DNA from: an uncultured Bacillota bacterium
Lineage (GTDB): Bacteria; Bacillota; Clostridia; Oscillospirales; Oscillospiraceae
Length of the DNA: 56,153 nucleotides
Direction of reading: 5' to 3'
Assembly: GCA_937890735.1 (NCBI GenBank)
Contig: CALACZ010000099.1
Location: 1 to 56,153 of the forward strand
Part shown: positions 8,204-17,549 of the stretch, in pieces
How positions within the stretch are numbered: the first letter of the stretch is position 1
Layout of the letters: every line of letters begins with the position of its first letter
The notes under the pieces: generated by a model
Seen by the model: only the letters and a program-made list of their open reading frames with translations
Databases searched by the model: none
Told to the model about the DNA's origin: nothing
Translations under genes and position numbers: made by a program

Positions 8204-9222
8204 TTTGCTTCCTCCCCCAGTGTTCGGATGACTTTGGCGATGTTCATGTGGATGGGGCACTTCTGAAGGCAGCGCCCGCAGCCCACGCAGCTGTAAAGCC
8301 CGTCGTTATTTTCCGGGTAATACACCAGCTTGTGCATAAAGCGCTGGCGGAAGCGCTCGAGCTGTGTCGGGCGCGGCTGACCGGCGGACATCTTCGTAAA
8401 GTCGGAGTACATACAGCTGTCCCAGCAGCGGAAGCGCCTGACAGTCTTGCCATTGTCGAACTCCTGAATGTCGTAGCACTGGCAGGTCGGGCACACGAAC
8501 GTGCACGTCCCGCAGCCGAGGCAGCTTTCGGACAGCTGCTTCCATTCCGGGCGTGCAAAGAACTCCTTCGTCTTGCCCGCACCGAATTTGGACAGGTCCA
8601 AATCGTGCAGCGGCAGCTTTTGCATCACCGCGCGGGTCTGCGCCTGCTGCGCCGCCACGGCATCGTCGCCGCCTTCTGCGAGGCAGGTCAGCGCCGCTGT
8701 CAGTGCCTCGCCCTTTTCGGTGTTGGCGCGCCAGTAGAGGTTTTCCCCGTCCATCCAGCACGTCACGTCACCCGCGGGGTCTGCCGCGTCAATGCCGAAC
8801 GCGCCGCAGAAGCACGTCTCCTCCGGCTCGGTGCACGCCATGGTCACGACCGTGCCGTTTTCGCGCCGGGTCTGATAGTAGGTGTCCACAGGCTCGGCGA
8901 GGAACACGCGGTCGAGCACGTCAAAGCTGCGGCAGTCGCACGCGCGCACGCCGAACAGCACGAACGGCGCGGTCACGTCGCGTTCCTCCAGCAGTTCGAT
9001 CTGCTTGCCCGTGACCTTGAAGCCCATGAGGTTTTCCACCTGCGGGAAGAACAGGTCCTTCGCGCTGCGCACGGTGTTGAGCGCGGGCGAGAGCGTCATG
9101 CCCTCCTGCCAGACGGTGAATTTACTGACGCCGGAGGCGTCCTGCGCCGGGATGTACAGGGTCTTTTCGCCGCTGATCGCCGCGAACAGCTTCGGCAGCT
9201 TTGCGATCGGGAGCTTTTTCAT
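8200..9222 (-). CDS. flxB: 4Fe-4S protein, FlxB/AsrA-like
   Basis: FGVRACD, TCFC, CLGCGTCTFVCPTCQC, RCWDSC, RFRQRFMHK, CVGCGRCLQKCP; start MKKLP at 9222. Confidence 0.83.
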   Translation of the reverse strand: MKKLPIAKLPKLFAAISGEKTLYIPAQDASGVSKFTVWQEGMTLSPALNTVRSAKDLFFPQVENLMGFKVTGKQIELLEERDVTAPFVLFGVRACDCRSFDVLDRVFLAEPVDTYYQTRRENGTVVTMACTEPEETCFCGAFGIDAADPAGDVTCWMDGENLYWRANTEKGEALTAALTCLAEGGDDAVAAQQAQTRAVMQKLPLHDLDLSKFGAGKTKEFFARPEWKQLSESCLGCGTCTFVCPTCQCYDIQEFDNGKTVRRFRCWDSCMYSDFTKMSAGQPRPTQLERFRQRFMHKLVYYPENNDGLYSCVGCGRCLQKCPIHMNIAKVIRTLGEEAK

Positions 9223-10193
9223 GCCTTTGCACCTCCCCGTTCGTATACGACGGACGGCTCGCAGTCGTCCTTGGTAAAGTTCATCAGCGGGGGCTTCGTG
9301 TCCATATCCGCGCCCGCCTGATAAACGCCGTACAGCTCGTTGATGTCTTTTATAAACTTGCGGTTGAGCAGATGCAGCGGGATATGCTGCGGGCAGACCC
9401 GCGAGCACTCGCCGCAGTCGGTGCAGCGTGCCGCCACATGGAACGCGCGGATGATATGGAAGAAATCCTCCTCAAAGCTGTCCGCCGCCGCCTTATTGTC
9501 CGTGCCGAGGTCGTGGTTATCAAACACGCACTTTTCGCACGAGCACGCGGGGCATACATTGCGGCAGGCATTGCAGCGGATGCAGCGCGAGAGCTCGCCG
9601 CGCCAGAACGCGTAGCGCTCTTCGGGGGTCATGGCTTCGAGCTTCGCCACCTCGTCAAAGCGGGCGGAGGTAAGCTCCTCACCCTGCTCGCCGAGCAGCT
9701 CGTCAAATTCCACGATCTTTTTGGACTTGCACACCGTGCAGCGCCCGAGCAGAACGTCCTGCTTGTTCACGGTCTTTTCGCCCGTAAGCGTCGTGACGCG
9801 AAGCCGGTCGCCGTCCTCCGTGACCGCCGTGACGCCCTTGCAGCCCGCGGCGCGAATTTTGTCGATGTCGCACATCCCGTCACACTGCACGCCGACCACA
9901 TACACATGGTCGCGGAGAATGCGGTGTTCCTTCAGGAGCTGCACAAAGGAGTAGCTGTCGCACGGCTTCAGGAACACGCCGACCTTGCCGCCCTTGCGGG
10001 ACTCCTGAATGAGATATTTTGAGAGATTGGCTGCCGAGAATGCACTCCAGACGAAGTCGTTTTCGATCTCTTCGGCGGTTGTGAACACCGCCGGGGTCAG
10101 GTCGTAGAAGAACTCGCCCGCCTTCCAGCCGAGCACGCGATCGACCGTACCGCTCTGGAGCAGCGCCAATGCCTTTTCCTTTACTCCTTGCAT
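9219..10193 (-). CDS. flxC: 4Fe-4S dicluster protein, FlxC-like (FrhB/FdhB-related)
   Basis: KPCDS, RCIRCNACRNVCPACSCEKC, HVAARCTDCGECSRVCPQHIPL; start MQGVK at 10193. Confidence 0.8.
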   Translation of the reverse strand: MQGVKEKALALLQSGTVDRVLGWKAGEFFYDLTPAVFTTAEEIENDFVWSAFSAANLSKYLIQESRKGGKVGVFLKPCDSYSFVQLLKEHRILRDHVYVVGVQCDGMCDIDKIRAAGCKGVTAVTEDGDRLRVTTLTGEKTVNKQDVLLGRCTVCKSKKIVEFDELLGEQGEELTSARFDEVAKLEAMTPEERYAFWRGELSRCIRCNACRNVCPACSCEKCVFDNHDLGTDNKAAADSFEEDFFHIIRAFHVAARCTDCGECSRVCPQHIPLHLLNRKFIKDINELYGVYQAGADMDTKPPLMNFTKDDCEPSVVYERGGAKA

Positions 10194-10618
10194 CTCAGGT
10201 CCTCCAATCTGCGGTTTTCGCCGAGTTTGGTGATCGTCGCCACAAAGTCGTTCATCGTGGCGGCAAACTTTGCGCCCTCCGCGGCGGACACCCACTCCAC
10301 GCGCGTGCGCTCCTTTTCGATGCCGAGGAAGTCGAGCATCGAGAACAGCAGCGTCATGCGGCGGCGGGCATAGTAGTTGCCGGTGGTGTAGTGGCAGTCG
10401 CCGGGGTGGCAGCCGCACAGGATCACGCCGTCCGCGCCGCGCTGGAACGCGCGCAGGATGAACATCGGGTTCAGACGGCAGGAGCACGGGATGCGGATGA
10501 TCTTGACGTTTGCCGGATAGTTCAGCCGGTTCGTGCCCGACAGATCCGCGCCCGCATACGAGCACCAGTTGCAGCAAAATGCAACGATGGTGGGTTTCCA
10601 GCTTTCATTTACCTGCAT
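10181..10618 (-). CDS. mvhD: MvhD/FlxD 2Fe-2S subunit
   Basis: IVAFCCNWCSYAGAD, IRIPCSCR, GADGVILCGCHPGDCHY, WVSAAEG; start MQVNE at 10618. Confidence 0.93.
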   Translation of the reverse strand: MQVNESWKPTIVAFCCNWCSYAGADLSGTNRLNYPANVKIIRIPCSCRLNPMFILRAFQRGADGVILCGCHPGDCHYTTGNYYARRRMTLLFSMLDFLGIEKERTRVEWVSAAEGAKFAATMNDFVATITKLGENRRLEDLRCKE

Positions 10619-12600
10619 ATCGCATCCACCTCCGCCATGATCTGCTTGTTGGAGAAGCCCTTGAGATCCATCGCGCCGGACATACACGCCACCGTGCACG
10701 CGCCGCAGCCCTGGCACACCGCCGGGTTGACCTGCGCTACGCGGCGGATGAGCGTCGTGCGGTTCGGACCTCTAAATTCCTTGTCGATATAAGTAATTGC
10801 GCCGTAGGGGCACACCTTTTCGCAGTTGGAGCAGCCGTTGCACATCATCTCGTCCGGCTGCGCAACGCACGGGTTGCACGTCAGATGGTCCTTGGCGAGC
10901 AGCCCAATGACCTTGGACGCCGCCGCGCCCGCCTGCGCGACCGTTTCGGGGATGTCCTTCGGACCCTGGCACGCGCCGGAAAGGAAGATGCCCGCCGTGG
11001 GGCTTTCCACCGGGCGCAGCTTCGGGTGCGCTTCGGTAAAGAAGTCGTTCGTGTCCATGGACGCGGTGAGCATCGTGGCGAGCGGGCGCGCCGTCTCGTC
11101 CGGCTCGATCGCCGCCGCGAGCACGACCATGTCCGCGTCGATGTGGAGCTGCCGCCCACCGATGAGGTCGGACGCCTGCACCTTCAGCTTGCCGTTTTCC
11201 GGCACGACCTTGCCGACCATGCCCTTGATGTAGTGCACACCGTATTCCTCGACCGCGCGGCGGTAGAACTCGTCAAAGTTCTTGCCGGGGGTGCGCACGT
11301 CGATGTAGAACACATACACATCCGTATCAGGGTATTTTTCGCGGCAGAGCATGGCGTGCTTCGCCGTGTACATACAGCAGATCTTGGAGCAGTAGGGCTT
11401 GCCCTTCTCCGCGCCGTCGCAGCGCGAGCCGACGCACTGCACGAACACCAGCGTTTTCGGGTGCGTGCCGTCCGAGGGACGCAGCAGCGTGCCGCCGGTC
11501 GGTCCGGCAGCGTTCATCAGACGCTCAAATTCAAGGCTGGACACCACGTCCGGGCTCTGCGAATACGCAAATTCGTCGAACTTGTCGAGCTTGATGGGGT
11601 TAAAGCCGGTGGCGACCACGATCGCGCCGTACTCCTGCTCCACGAGCGTATCCTGCTGCTTATAGTCGATCGCACCCGCGGTGCACACCTTGGAGCACAC
11701 GCCGCACTTGCCGGTCTTGAGCATGGTGCAGTAATCCGCGTCGATGGTAGCGATCTTCGGCACCGCCTGCGCAAACGGGATGTAGATGGCGCGGCGGGTG
11801 TCGAGCCCGAGGTTAAAATCGTTCGGGACTTTTTTCTGCGGGCACTTCTCGGTGCAAAGACCGCAGCCGGTGCAGACGTCCTCGTTCACATACCGCGCCT
11901 TTTTACGGATGGTCACATGGAAGTTGCCCACAAAGCCCTTGACCGCCTCGACCTCGGAATAGGCGTATATTTTGATCTTTTCGTTCTGTGCCGCCTCGAC
12001 CATCTTCGGCGTGAGGATACACGCCGCACAGTCGAGCGTGGGAAATGTCTTGTCGATCTGCGTCATTTTGCCGCCGATGGTGGGCTTCTTTTCCACGATG
12101 TCCACCTCAAAGCCGGCGTCGGCGATGTCCAGCGCCGTCTGGATGCCGGCGATGCCGCCGCCGATGACGAGCGCGCGCTTCGTCACGGGGCTTTCGCCCG
12201 CCGTGAGCGGCGCGTCCAAATGCACCTTGGCGATGGCGGCTCTGCCGAGGATGACCGCCTTTTCCGTCGCCTCATCCTTATCCTTATGGATCCAGGAGCA
12301 CTGCTCGCGGATGTTGGCGATCTCCACCATGTAGCCGTTCAGCCCCGCCGACGCGCACGCCTTGCGGAACGTCTGCTCGTGCATGCGCGGGGAGCAGGAG
12401 CACACGACCACGCCCGTGAGCTTGTGCTCATGGATGGCGTTTTTGATGAGGTCCTGCCCGCTCTGCGAGCACATATACGGATAGTCGGTCGAGAAAACAA
12501 CGCCGGGCTCGTGCCCAAGAGTTTCCGCGACTTTTTTGACGTCCACCGTTGCGGCGATATTCGTACCGCAGTGGCAGACAAACACACCGATCCTCTGCAT
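10609..12600 (-). CDS. hdrA: Heterodisulfide reductase subunit A (bifurcating FAD/Fe-S)
   Basis: RIGVFVCHCGTNIA, CSCSPRMHE, ANIREQCSW, IGGGIAG, DKTFPTLDCAACILTPK, QCVGSR, YCSKICC, GACQGPKDIP. Confidence 0.96.
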   Translation of the reverse strand: MQRIGVFVCHCGTNIAATVDVKKVAETLGHEPGVVFSTDYPYMCSQSGQDLIKNAIHEHKLTGVVVCSCSPRMHEQTFRKACASAGLNGYMVEIANIREQCSWIHKDKDEATEKAVILGRAAIAKVHLDAPLTAGESPVTKRALVIGGGIAGIQTALDIADAGFEVDIVEKKPTIGGKMTQIDKTFPTLDCAACILTPKMVEAAQNEKIKIYAYSEVEAVKGFVGNFHVTIRKKARYVNEDVCTGCGLCTEKCPQKKVPNDFNLGLDTRRAIYIPFAQAVPKIATIDADYCTMLKTGKCGVCSKVCTAGAIDYKQQDTLVEQEYGAIVVATGFNPIKLDKFDEFAYSQSPDVVSSLEFERLMNAAGPTGGTLLRPSDGTHPKTLVFVQCVGSRCDGAEKGKPYCSKICCMYTAKHAMLCREKYPDTDVYVFYIDVRTPGKNFDEFYRRAVEEYGVHYIKGMVGKVVPENGKLKVQASDLIGGRQLHIDADMVVLAAAIEPDETARPLATMLTASMDTNDFFTEAHPKLRPVESPTAGIFLSGACQGPKDIPETVAQAGAAASKVIGLLAKDHLTCNPCVAQPDEMMCNGCSNCEKVCPYGAITYIDKEFRGPNRTTLIRRVAQVNPAVCQGCGACTVACMSGAMDLKGFSNKQIMAEVDAICR

Positions 12601-12612
12601 TGCTCTCCCTCC

Positions 12613-12999
12613 TTACTTTTTGTATTTTCTAAATGCGCTGGTGATCGCCTGCTGCGGAATGTCCTCGTCCAGGATCTCGGGGATGCGCTCGGGCTTGAGG
12701 TGATCCGCACCCTGCTGGCGCACGACCGCGTCGCGCACGGCTTCGATGAGCGCGGCGGGCTCGACGCTGCGCGGGCAGCGTTCCACGCACGCAAAGCAGC
12801 TCAAGCAGCGGTAAATACCGCGCGAGTTCATCAGTTCTTCGATGCGGCCCGTTTCGACCATATCCACGAACTGGTGCGGATGGTAGTCCATCTCGTCATA
12901 CGCCGGGCACGCGCCGGAGCACTTGCCGCATTTCATGCACTTTCTCGGATTGACGCCGGCGATGCGCTTTATATCCTCGATCAGATATTCCTTGTTCAT
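12613..12999 (-). CDS. hdrC: Heterodisulfide reductase subunit C
   Basis: CMKCGKCSGACP and CLSCFACVERCPR; start MNKEY at 12999; between hdrB and hdrA. Confidence 0.9.
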   Translation of the reverse strand: MNKEYLIEDIKRIAGVNPRKCMKCGKCSGACPAYDEMDYHPHQFVDMVETGRIEELMNSRGIYRCLSCFACVERCPRSVEPAALIEAVRDAVVRQQGADHLKPERIPEILDEDIPQQAITSAFRKYKK

Positions 13000-13787
13000 T
13001 CGGCATCCTCCTTCACGCCCAGCGCCTCGGCGAGCAGCTCGGTAAAGTAGTGCACCGGCAGCCCAGCCTCCGCGTTTGCGGTGAGATTGTACATACAAAG
13101 CGGGCAGGCGGTGATGAGTTCCTCCGCGCCGCACGCCTTCGCGTTTTCCATGAGCTTGTCCACCTGTTTTCTGGCAAACTCCTTGCCCTCGACCACGGTG
13201 TAGCCGCCGCAGCATTCGTTGCGCCGCGCCCACACGACGGGCTCTGCGCCGATGGCGCGGATGAAATCCTCCAGAATGGTCGGATTTTCGGGGTCGTCAA
13301 AGCCCATTTCCTTGCCCGGGCGGAGCAGCAGGCAGCCGTAATACGCGCCGATCTTACGCCCCGTGAGCGGATTTGTGACCTTTTTCGCAAGCTCGTCAAA
13401 GCCGATACGGTCGCGCAGGACCTCCAGATAGTGCAGCACCGTCGTCTCGCCCGTGTACGGCACGTCGAGCTGTAAGTAATTCTGCACGCGCGAGGCGATG
13501 GTCTCGTCGCGTTTCAGATCGCCGTTCACGCGCTTGATGACGTGATGGCACGCCGAGCAGAGCGTTACCAGCTCCTGCCCGGCGTCGCGCGCGGCGGCAA
13601 GCGCCCGCACAGACGACAGACGGGTCGCGATCTCGTCCTTCGCCATGGGATACACCGCGCCGCAGCACTGCCAGTCCGGCAGCTCGCACAGCTCAAATCC
13701 CAGCGCCTGCGCGGCTTTTCTGCCGTACAGGTCGAGCTGCTTGCCCTTGGTTTTCAGCGTGCAGCCCGGAAAATAACTGAATGTCAT
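12996..13787 (-). CDS. hdrB: Heterodisulfide reductase subunit B (two CCG domains)
   Basis: YFPGC...WQCCG...CSAC and YYGC...ECCG...ACPLC. Confidence 0.93.
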   Translation of the reverse strand: MTFSYFPGCTLKTKGKQLDLYGRKAAQALGFELCELPDWQCCGAVYPMAKDEIATRLSSVRALAAARDAGQELVTLCSACHHVIKRVNGDLKRDETIASRVQNYLQLDVPYTGETTVLHYLEVLRDRIGFDELAKKVTNPLTGRKIGAYYGCLLLRPGKEMGFDDPENPTILEDFIRAIGAEPVVWARRNECCGGYTVVEGKEFARKQVDKLMENAKACGAEELITACPLCMYNLTANAEAGLPVHYFTELLAEALGVKEDAE

Positions 13788-13797
13788 AAGCCTCACC

Positions 13798-15174
13798 TCA
13801 GACCATCTGTTCGGGATGGAACACTTCGTCGAATTTTTCCGCCGTCAGGAAGCCGAGCGCCACGCACGCTTCCTTGAGCGAGATGTTTTCTTTATATGCC
13901 TTCTTGGCGGTCTTGGCGGCGTTTTCATAGCCGATGTACGGGTTGAGCGCCGTGACCAGCATCAGGGAATTGTAGAGATTGTGGTGCATCTTTTCGCGGT
14001 TGGCGGTGATGCCCACGGCGCAGTGGTCGTTGAACGACACGATCGACTCCGCCAGCAGCCGCGCGGATTGCAGGAAATTGTAGATGCACACGGGCATGAA
14101 CACGTTCAGCTCAAAGTTGCCCTGCGACGCGGCAAGACCCACCGCCACGTCGTTGCCCATGACCTGCACGGCGACCATCGTGACCGCCTCGCACTGCGTG
14201 GGGTTGACCTTGCCGGGCATGATGGAAGAACCCGGCTCGTTTTCGGGGATGAAAATCTCGCCCAGACCGTCGCGAGGGCCGGATGCCAGCCAGCGCACGT
14301 CGTTTGCGATCTTCATCATGTCCGCCGCCAGCGCCTTGATCGCGCCGTGCGCAAAGACGAGCTCGTCTTTACTCGTGAGGGCGTGGAATTTATTCGGCGC
14401 GGTGATGAAGTCCTTGCCGGTCAGCTCAGAGACCGCCTCGGCGACCTTCACGTCAAAGCCCTTCGGCGCGTTCAGACCCGTGCCGACCGCCGTGCCGCCG
14501 AGCGCCAGCTCTTTGAGCGGCGGGAGCGCGATCTCAAGCATTTTGCGGTCCTTTTCCAGGCTGCTGCGCCAGCCGGAGATCTCCTGCGAGAACTCGATGG
14601 GCGTAGCGTCCTGCAAATGCGTGCGACCCGATTTTACGATGCCGCGGTTCTCCTCCTCCAGACGGCGGAAGGTCGCCGCGAGCTTGTCGATCGCCGGGAA
14701 GAGCTTGTCCTCGATGGCGGCGACGGCGGCGATGTGCATCGCCGTGGGGAAGGTGTCGTTCGACGACTGGGACATATTGATGTCGTCATTCGGGTGCAGG
14801 AGCTTTTTGCCCGCGATCTCATTGCCGCGGTTGGCAATGACCTCGTTGGCGTTCATGTTCGACTGCGTGCCCGAGCCGGTCTGCCACACCACCAGCGGGA
14901 AGTGGTCGTTCAGGCTGCCCGAGATGACCTCGTCACACGCCTGCGAGATCGCCGCCAGCTTTTCGTCCGTCATTTTTTCCGGGCGCAGCGCGTGGTTGGC
15001 GATCGCCGCCGCCTTTTTCAGGATGCCGAATGCGTGTGTGATCTCGCGCGGCATGACCTCGATGCCCACGCCGATGGGGAAATTCTCGTGGCTGCGCTGG
15101 GTCTGCGCCGCCCAGTAGCGATCCGCCGGGACGCGGACCTCGCCCATTGAATCATGCTCCATGCGGTATTCCAT
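13798..15174 (-). CDS. fumC: Class II fumarate hydratase
   Basis: [54 protein letters not shown]; start MEYRM at 15174 with GGAGG RBS. Confidence 0.96.
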   Translation of the reverse strand: MEYRMEHDSMGEVRVPADRYWAAQTQRSHENFPIGVGIEVMPREITHAFGILKKAAAIANHALRPEKMTDEKLAAISQACDEVISGSLNDHFPLVVWQTGSGTQSNMNANEVIANRGNEIAGKKLLHPNDDINMSQSSNDTFPTAMHIAAVAAIEDKLFPAIDKLAATFRRLEEENRGIVKSGRTHLQDATPIEFSQEISGWRSSLEKDRKMLEIALPPLKELALGGTAVGTGLNAPKGFDVKVAEAVSELTGKDFITAPNKFHALTSKDELVFAHGAIKALAADMMKIANDVRWLASGPRDGLGEIFIPENEPGSSIMPGKVNPTQCEAVTMVAVQVMGNDVAVGLAASQGNFELNVFMPVCIYNFLQSARLLAESIVSFNDHCAVGITANREKMHHNLYNSLMLVTALNPYIGYENAAKTAKKAYKENISLKEACVALGFLTAEKFDEVFHPEQMV

Positions 15175-15217
15175 AAAACTGTTCCCTCCGATAGTGTTGA
15201 TTTGTCGATCATTCAGG

Positions 15218-15251
15218 AAAAAAGTCACATCCGGCGAGTCCCCGATGTGAC
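15218..15251 (-). terminator. Terminator-like hairpin with U-tract between mdh and fumC
   Basis: Minus strand GTCACATC-N12-GATGTGAC-TTTTTT. Confidence 0.55.
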
Positions 15252-15333
15252 GCTCTTGCAGTTGGGGCGCTTTGCCCCCGAATACGTCCCGCGCCCGCGC
15301 CGCCATGCAGCGGCGCGGGCAGGACGGTATGCA

Positions 15334-16278
15334 TCAGATGTTGATCTGCGTGATGACTTCCTTGAGCTTGTTCGCGCTGTTCTGGAGCTTGGCGACCTCG
15401 TCGTCGGTGAGCTTGTTGAGGATCTTGCCGCGCACGCCGGTATTGTCGACCAGCGCCAGCGTGGACAGGCACACATCGTCCACGCCGTATTCGCCGTGCA
15501 TCAGCGTGGAGACCGTCAGCGCCGTGCCGGCGGTGTTGAGCAGGCACTTGCACAGGTGGCACACGGACATCGCAACGGCATAGAACGTTGCGCCCTTTGC
15601 CTTGATGACCTGCCCGCCCGAGGTACGGACGAACTCTTCGATCTCGGCGTACTGCTGATGCCAGTCGATGCGGTCCTTATCCGGGGAGCTCTCCTTGTAG
15701 GCATCCACATGGTTGTTGGCGATGTGCACCAGCGACCAGGGCACGAACGAGGAATCGCCGTGCTCGCCGTAAACGTGCGCGTGCACGTTCTTGGGGCTGA
15801 TGCGGAAGATCTTCGCCAGCTCGGACTGGAGACGGCTGGTGTCGAGGATCGTACCCGAGCCGATGATCTGGTTTTCGGGCAGACCCGAGATCTTGTGGAA
15901 CACATACGTCAGCACGTCCACGGGGTTTGAGACGATGACATACTTCGCATTCGGCGCAGCCTTCACGACCTGCGGCGCAATGTCCTTGATGATGTTGACG
16001 TTCGCCTGCGCGAGATCCAGACGGGACTGACCCGCCTTGCGCGGCATACCCGAGGTGATGACCACGATGTCGGAGCCGGCAGTCGCGGCATAGTCGCCGG
16101 AGCGCACGATGGCGGGAGAGCAGAACGGAGCGCCCTGATAAATATCCAGCGCCTCGCCGAATGCCTTCTGCTTGTTGATGTCCACCAGAACGATCTCGGA
16201 AGCCGTGCCCTGGATCATCAGGTCGTTCGCGATAGTCGCGCCCACACTGCCCGCGCCGATCACAGAAATCTTACTCAT
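15334..16278 (-). CDS. mdh: LDH/MDH-family dehydrogenase, probably malate dehydrogenase
   Basis: GAGSVG, SNPVD, LDTSR, GEHGDS. Substrate loop GMPRKAGQSR has Arg (MDH-type) rather than Gln, and the gene sits directly upstream of fumC. Alternative start 16290. Confidence 0.78.
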   Translation of the reverse strand: MSKISVIGAGSVGATIANDLMIQGTASEIVLVDINKQKAFGEALDIYQGAPFCSPAIVRSGDYAATAGSDIVVITSGMPRKAGQSRLDLAQANVNIIKDIAPQVVKAAPNAKYVIVSNPVDVLTYVFHKISGLPENQIIGSGTILDTSRLQSELAKIFRISPKNVHAHVYGEHGDSSFVPWSLVHIANNHVDAYKESSPDKDRIDWHQQYAEIEEFVRTSGGQVIKAKGATFYAVAMSVCHLCKCLLNTAGTALTVSTLMHGEYGVDDVCLSTLALVDNTGVRGKILNKLTDDEVAKLQNSANKLKEVITQINI

Positions 16279-16437
16279 ACCCTGTACCATCCTTTATCAT
16301 AAAAATTTGAACTTGCGATTGGAAACTTTGACGAATGCCGGGGCATTCGTCCCCCCTGTCCCTGATTATATCGAATCCGGGAGAAAAACAGAAATGCTTT
16401 TCTCCCGGATCGTATATCATTTTTCATATAGGAATGC

Positions 16438-17328
16438 TTATTTGCGATACTCGCGGATCACATACTGTACGAACCCCGCCTCAATATCAGTCATCGCGTA
16501 CTGCGGATTGTAGACCAGTGCGTCCTGATACACCACCGAATTGTCCTCGCACGGCTTCTGGATCAGACCCCAGCGCTGGAGATACTGCTCCGGCATCGGC
16601 GGCAGCCAGGTGTACACGCCCCAGATGGTCTGCAAAAGCTGGAGCTGCGCCATGCGGTCCACGGTGTAGATCGTGCGGCACGCCGAGTCCTCCGTGCGCA
16701 CGCGCGGGCGCTGCGCGTCGCCGTGGATGATCTGCGGGTATTCTGCCAGATCCTCCATGCGGATCGTCTCCCGCCGTGCCAGCGGGTGGTCGCGCGGCAG
16801 CACCAGCTCGTATTTGAACCGCCCCAGCACCTGAAAGCTGAACTCGCGTTCCGCCGTCTGCTCGTCAAAATAGTCCAGATATTCCGAGCGGAAGCGCAAA
16901 ACGCCCAGCTCCGCCTCGCCCACGGTGAGCATTTGCAGCGCCTGCCGTGCGTGGCACTCGCGGATGGTCACTTCCAGCTCCCCGGACGACGTGAGCGAGG
17001 CAAGATACTCCGCCGCCAGGTCGAACAGCCGCGCCGAGCGCGGCAGGCACACGCGCAGACGGCTGCGCACGGCATGGCGCGGTCCGAGCGCCTCGATATA
17101 TTCCATCTCGCGCAGCACGCCCCGCGCGTGCAGCAAAAATTTCGCCCCGCGCTCCGTGGGGCGCACGCCGCGGCTCGTCCGCTCAAAAATGCGGAAGCCC
17201 AGCGTCTTTTCGAGGTCATGCAGGATGCGGCTGAGATTCGGCTGCCCAATGAACAGATTTTCCGCCGCCTGCGAGATCGACCGCGTGCGCTCGATCTCCA
17301 CAACGTACTGTAAATGCTGCGTATTCAT
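16438..17328 (-). CDS. LysR-family transcriptional regulator
   Basis: N-terminal HTH SISQAAENLFIGQPNLSR...LGFRIFERTSRGVRPT; 296 aa. Confidence 0.93.
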   Translation of the reverse strand: MNTQHLQYVVEIERTRSISQAAENLFIGQPNLSRILHDLEKTLGFRIFERTSRGVRPTERGAKFLLHARGVLREMEYIEALGPRHAVRSRLRVCLPRSARLFDLAAEYLASLTSSGELEVTIRECHARQALQMLTVGEAELGVLRFRSEYLDYFDEQTAEREFSFQVLGRFKYELVLPRDHPLARRETIRMEDLAEYPQIIHGDAQRPRVRTEDSACRTIYTVDRMAQLQLLQTIWGVYTWLPPMPEQYLQRWGLIQKPCEDNSVVYQDALVYNPQYAMTDIEAGFVQYVIREYRK

Positions 17329-17487
17329 GTCCGCTTCGCTCCATTTCCGGCGTTGTGCGCCCTTTTTTCACAGTGATTATATATCATTTCGCGCATATCC
17401 GCAAGTGAAATAAAATGGATTTAGGATGCCGCACGGCAGGCGTGCAGGATGCAAAAGCAGAAAAAGTCGGGATATGCCACAAAATCC

Positions 17488-17515
17488 TTGCCATTTTGCC
17501 GCCGTTCGGTATAAT
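17488..17515 (+). promoter_or_regulatory. sigma-A-type promoter for the AraC gene
   Basis: TTGCCA-N16-TATAAT. Confidence 0.5.
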
Positions 17516-17549
17516 CAGAGCAGACGAAGCCGCAAAGGAGGGCATTGGC

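Noticed and set aside
10181..12600. Selenocysteine recoding in HdrA or MvhD
   Set aside because: The frames are uninterrupted and the motifs use Cys; no in-frame TGA.
7376..13787. Methanogenesis, sulfite reductase (asrABC) or hydrogenase interpretation
   Set aside because: No mcr, siroheme subunit or hydrogenase large subunit; the context is fumC/frdAB, matching Flx-Hdr.
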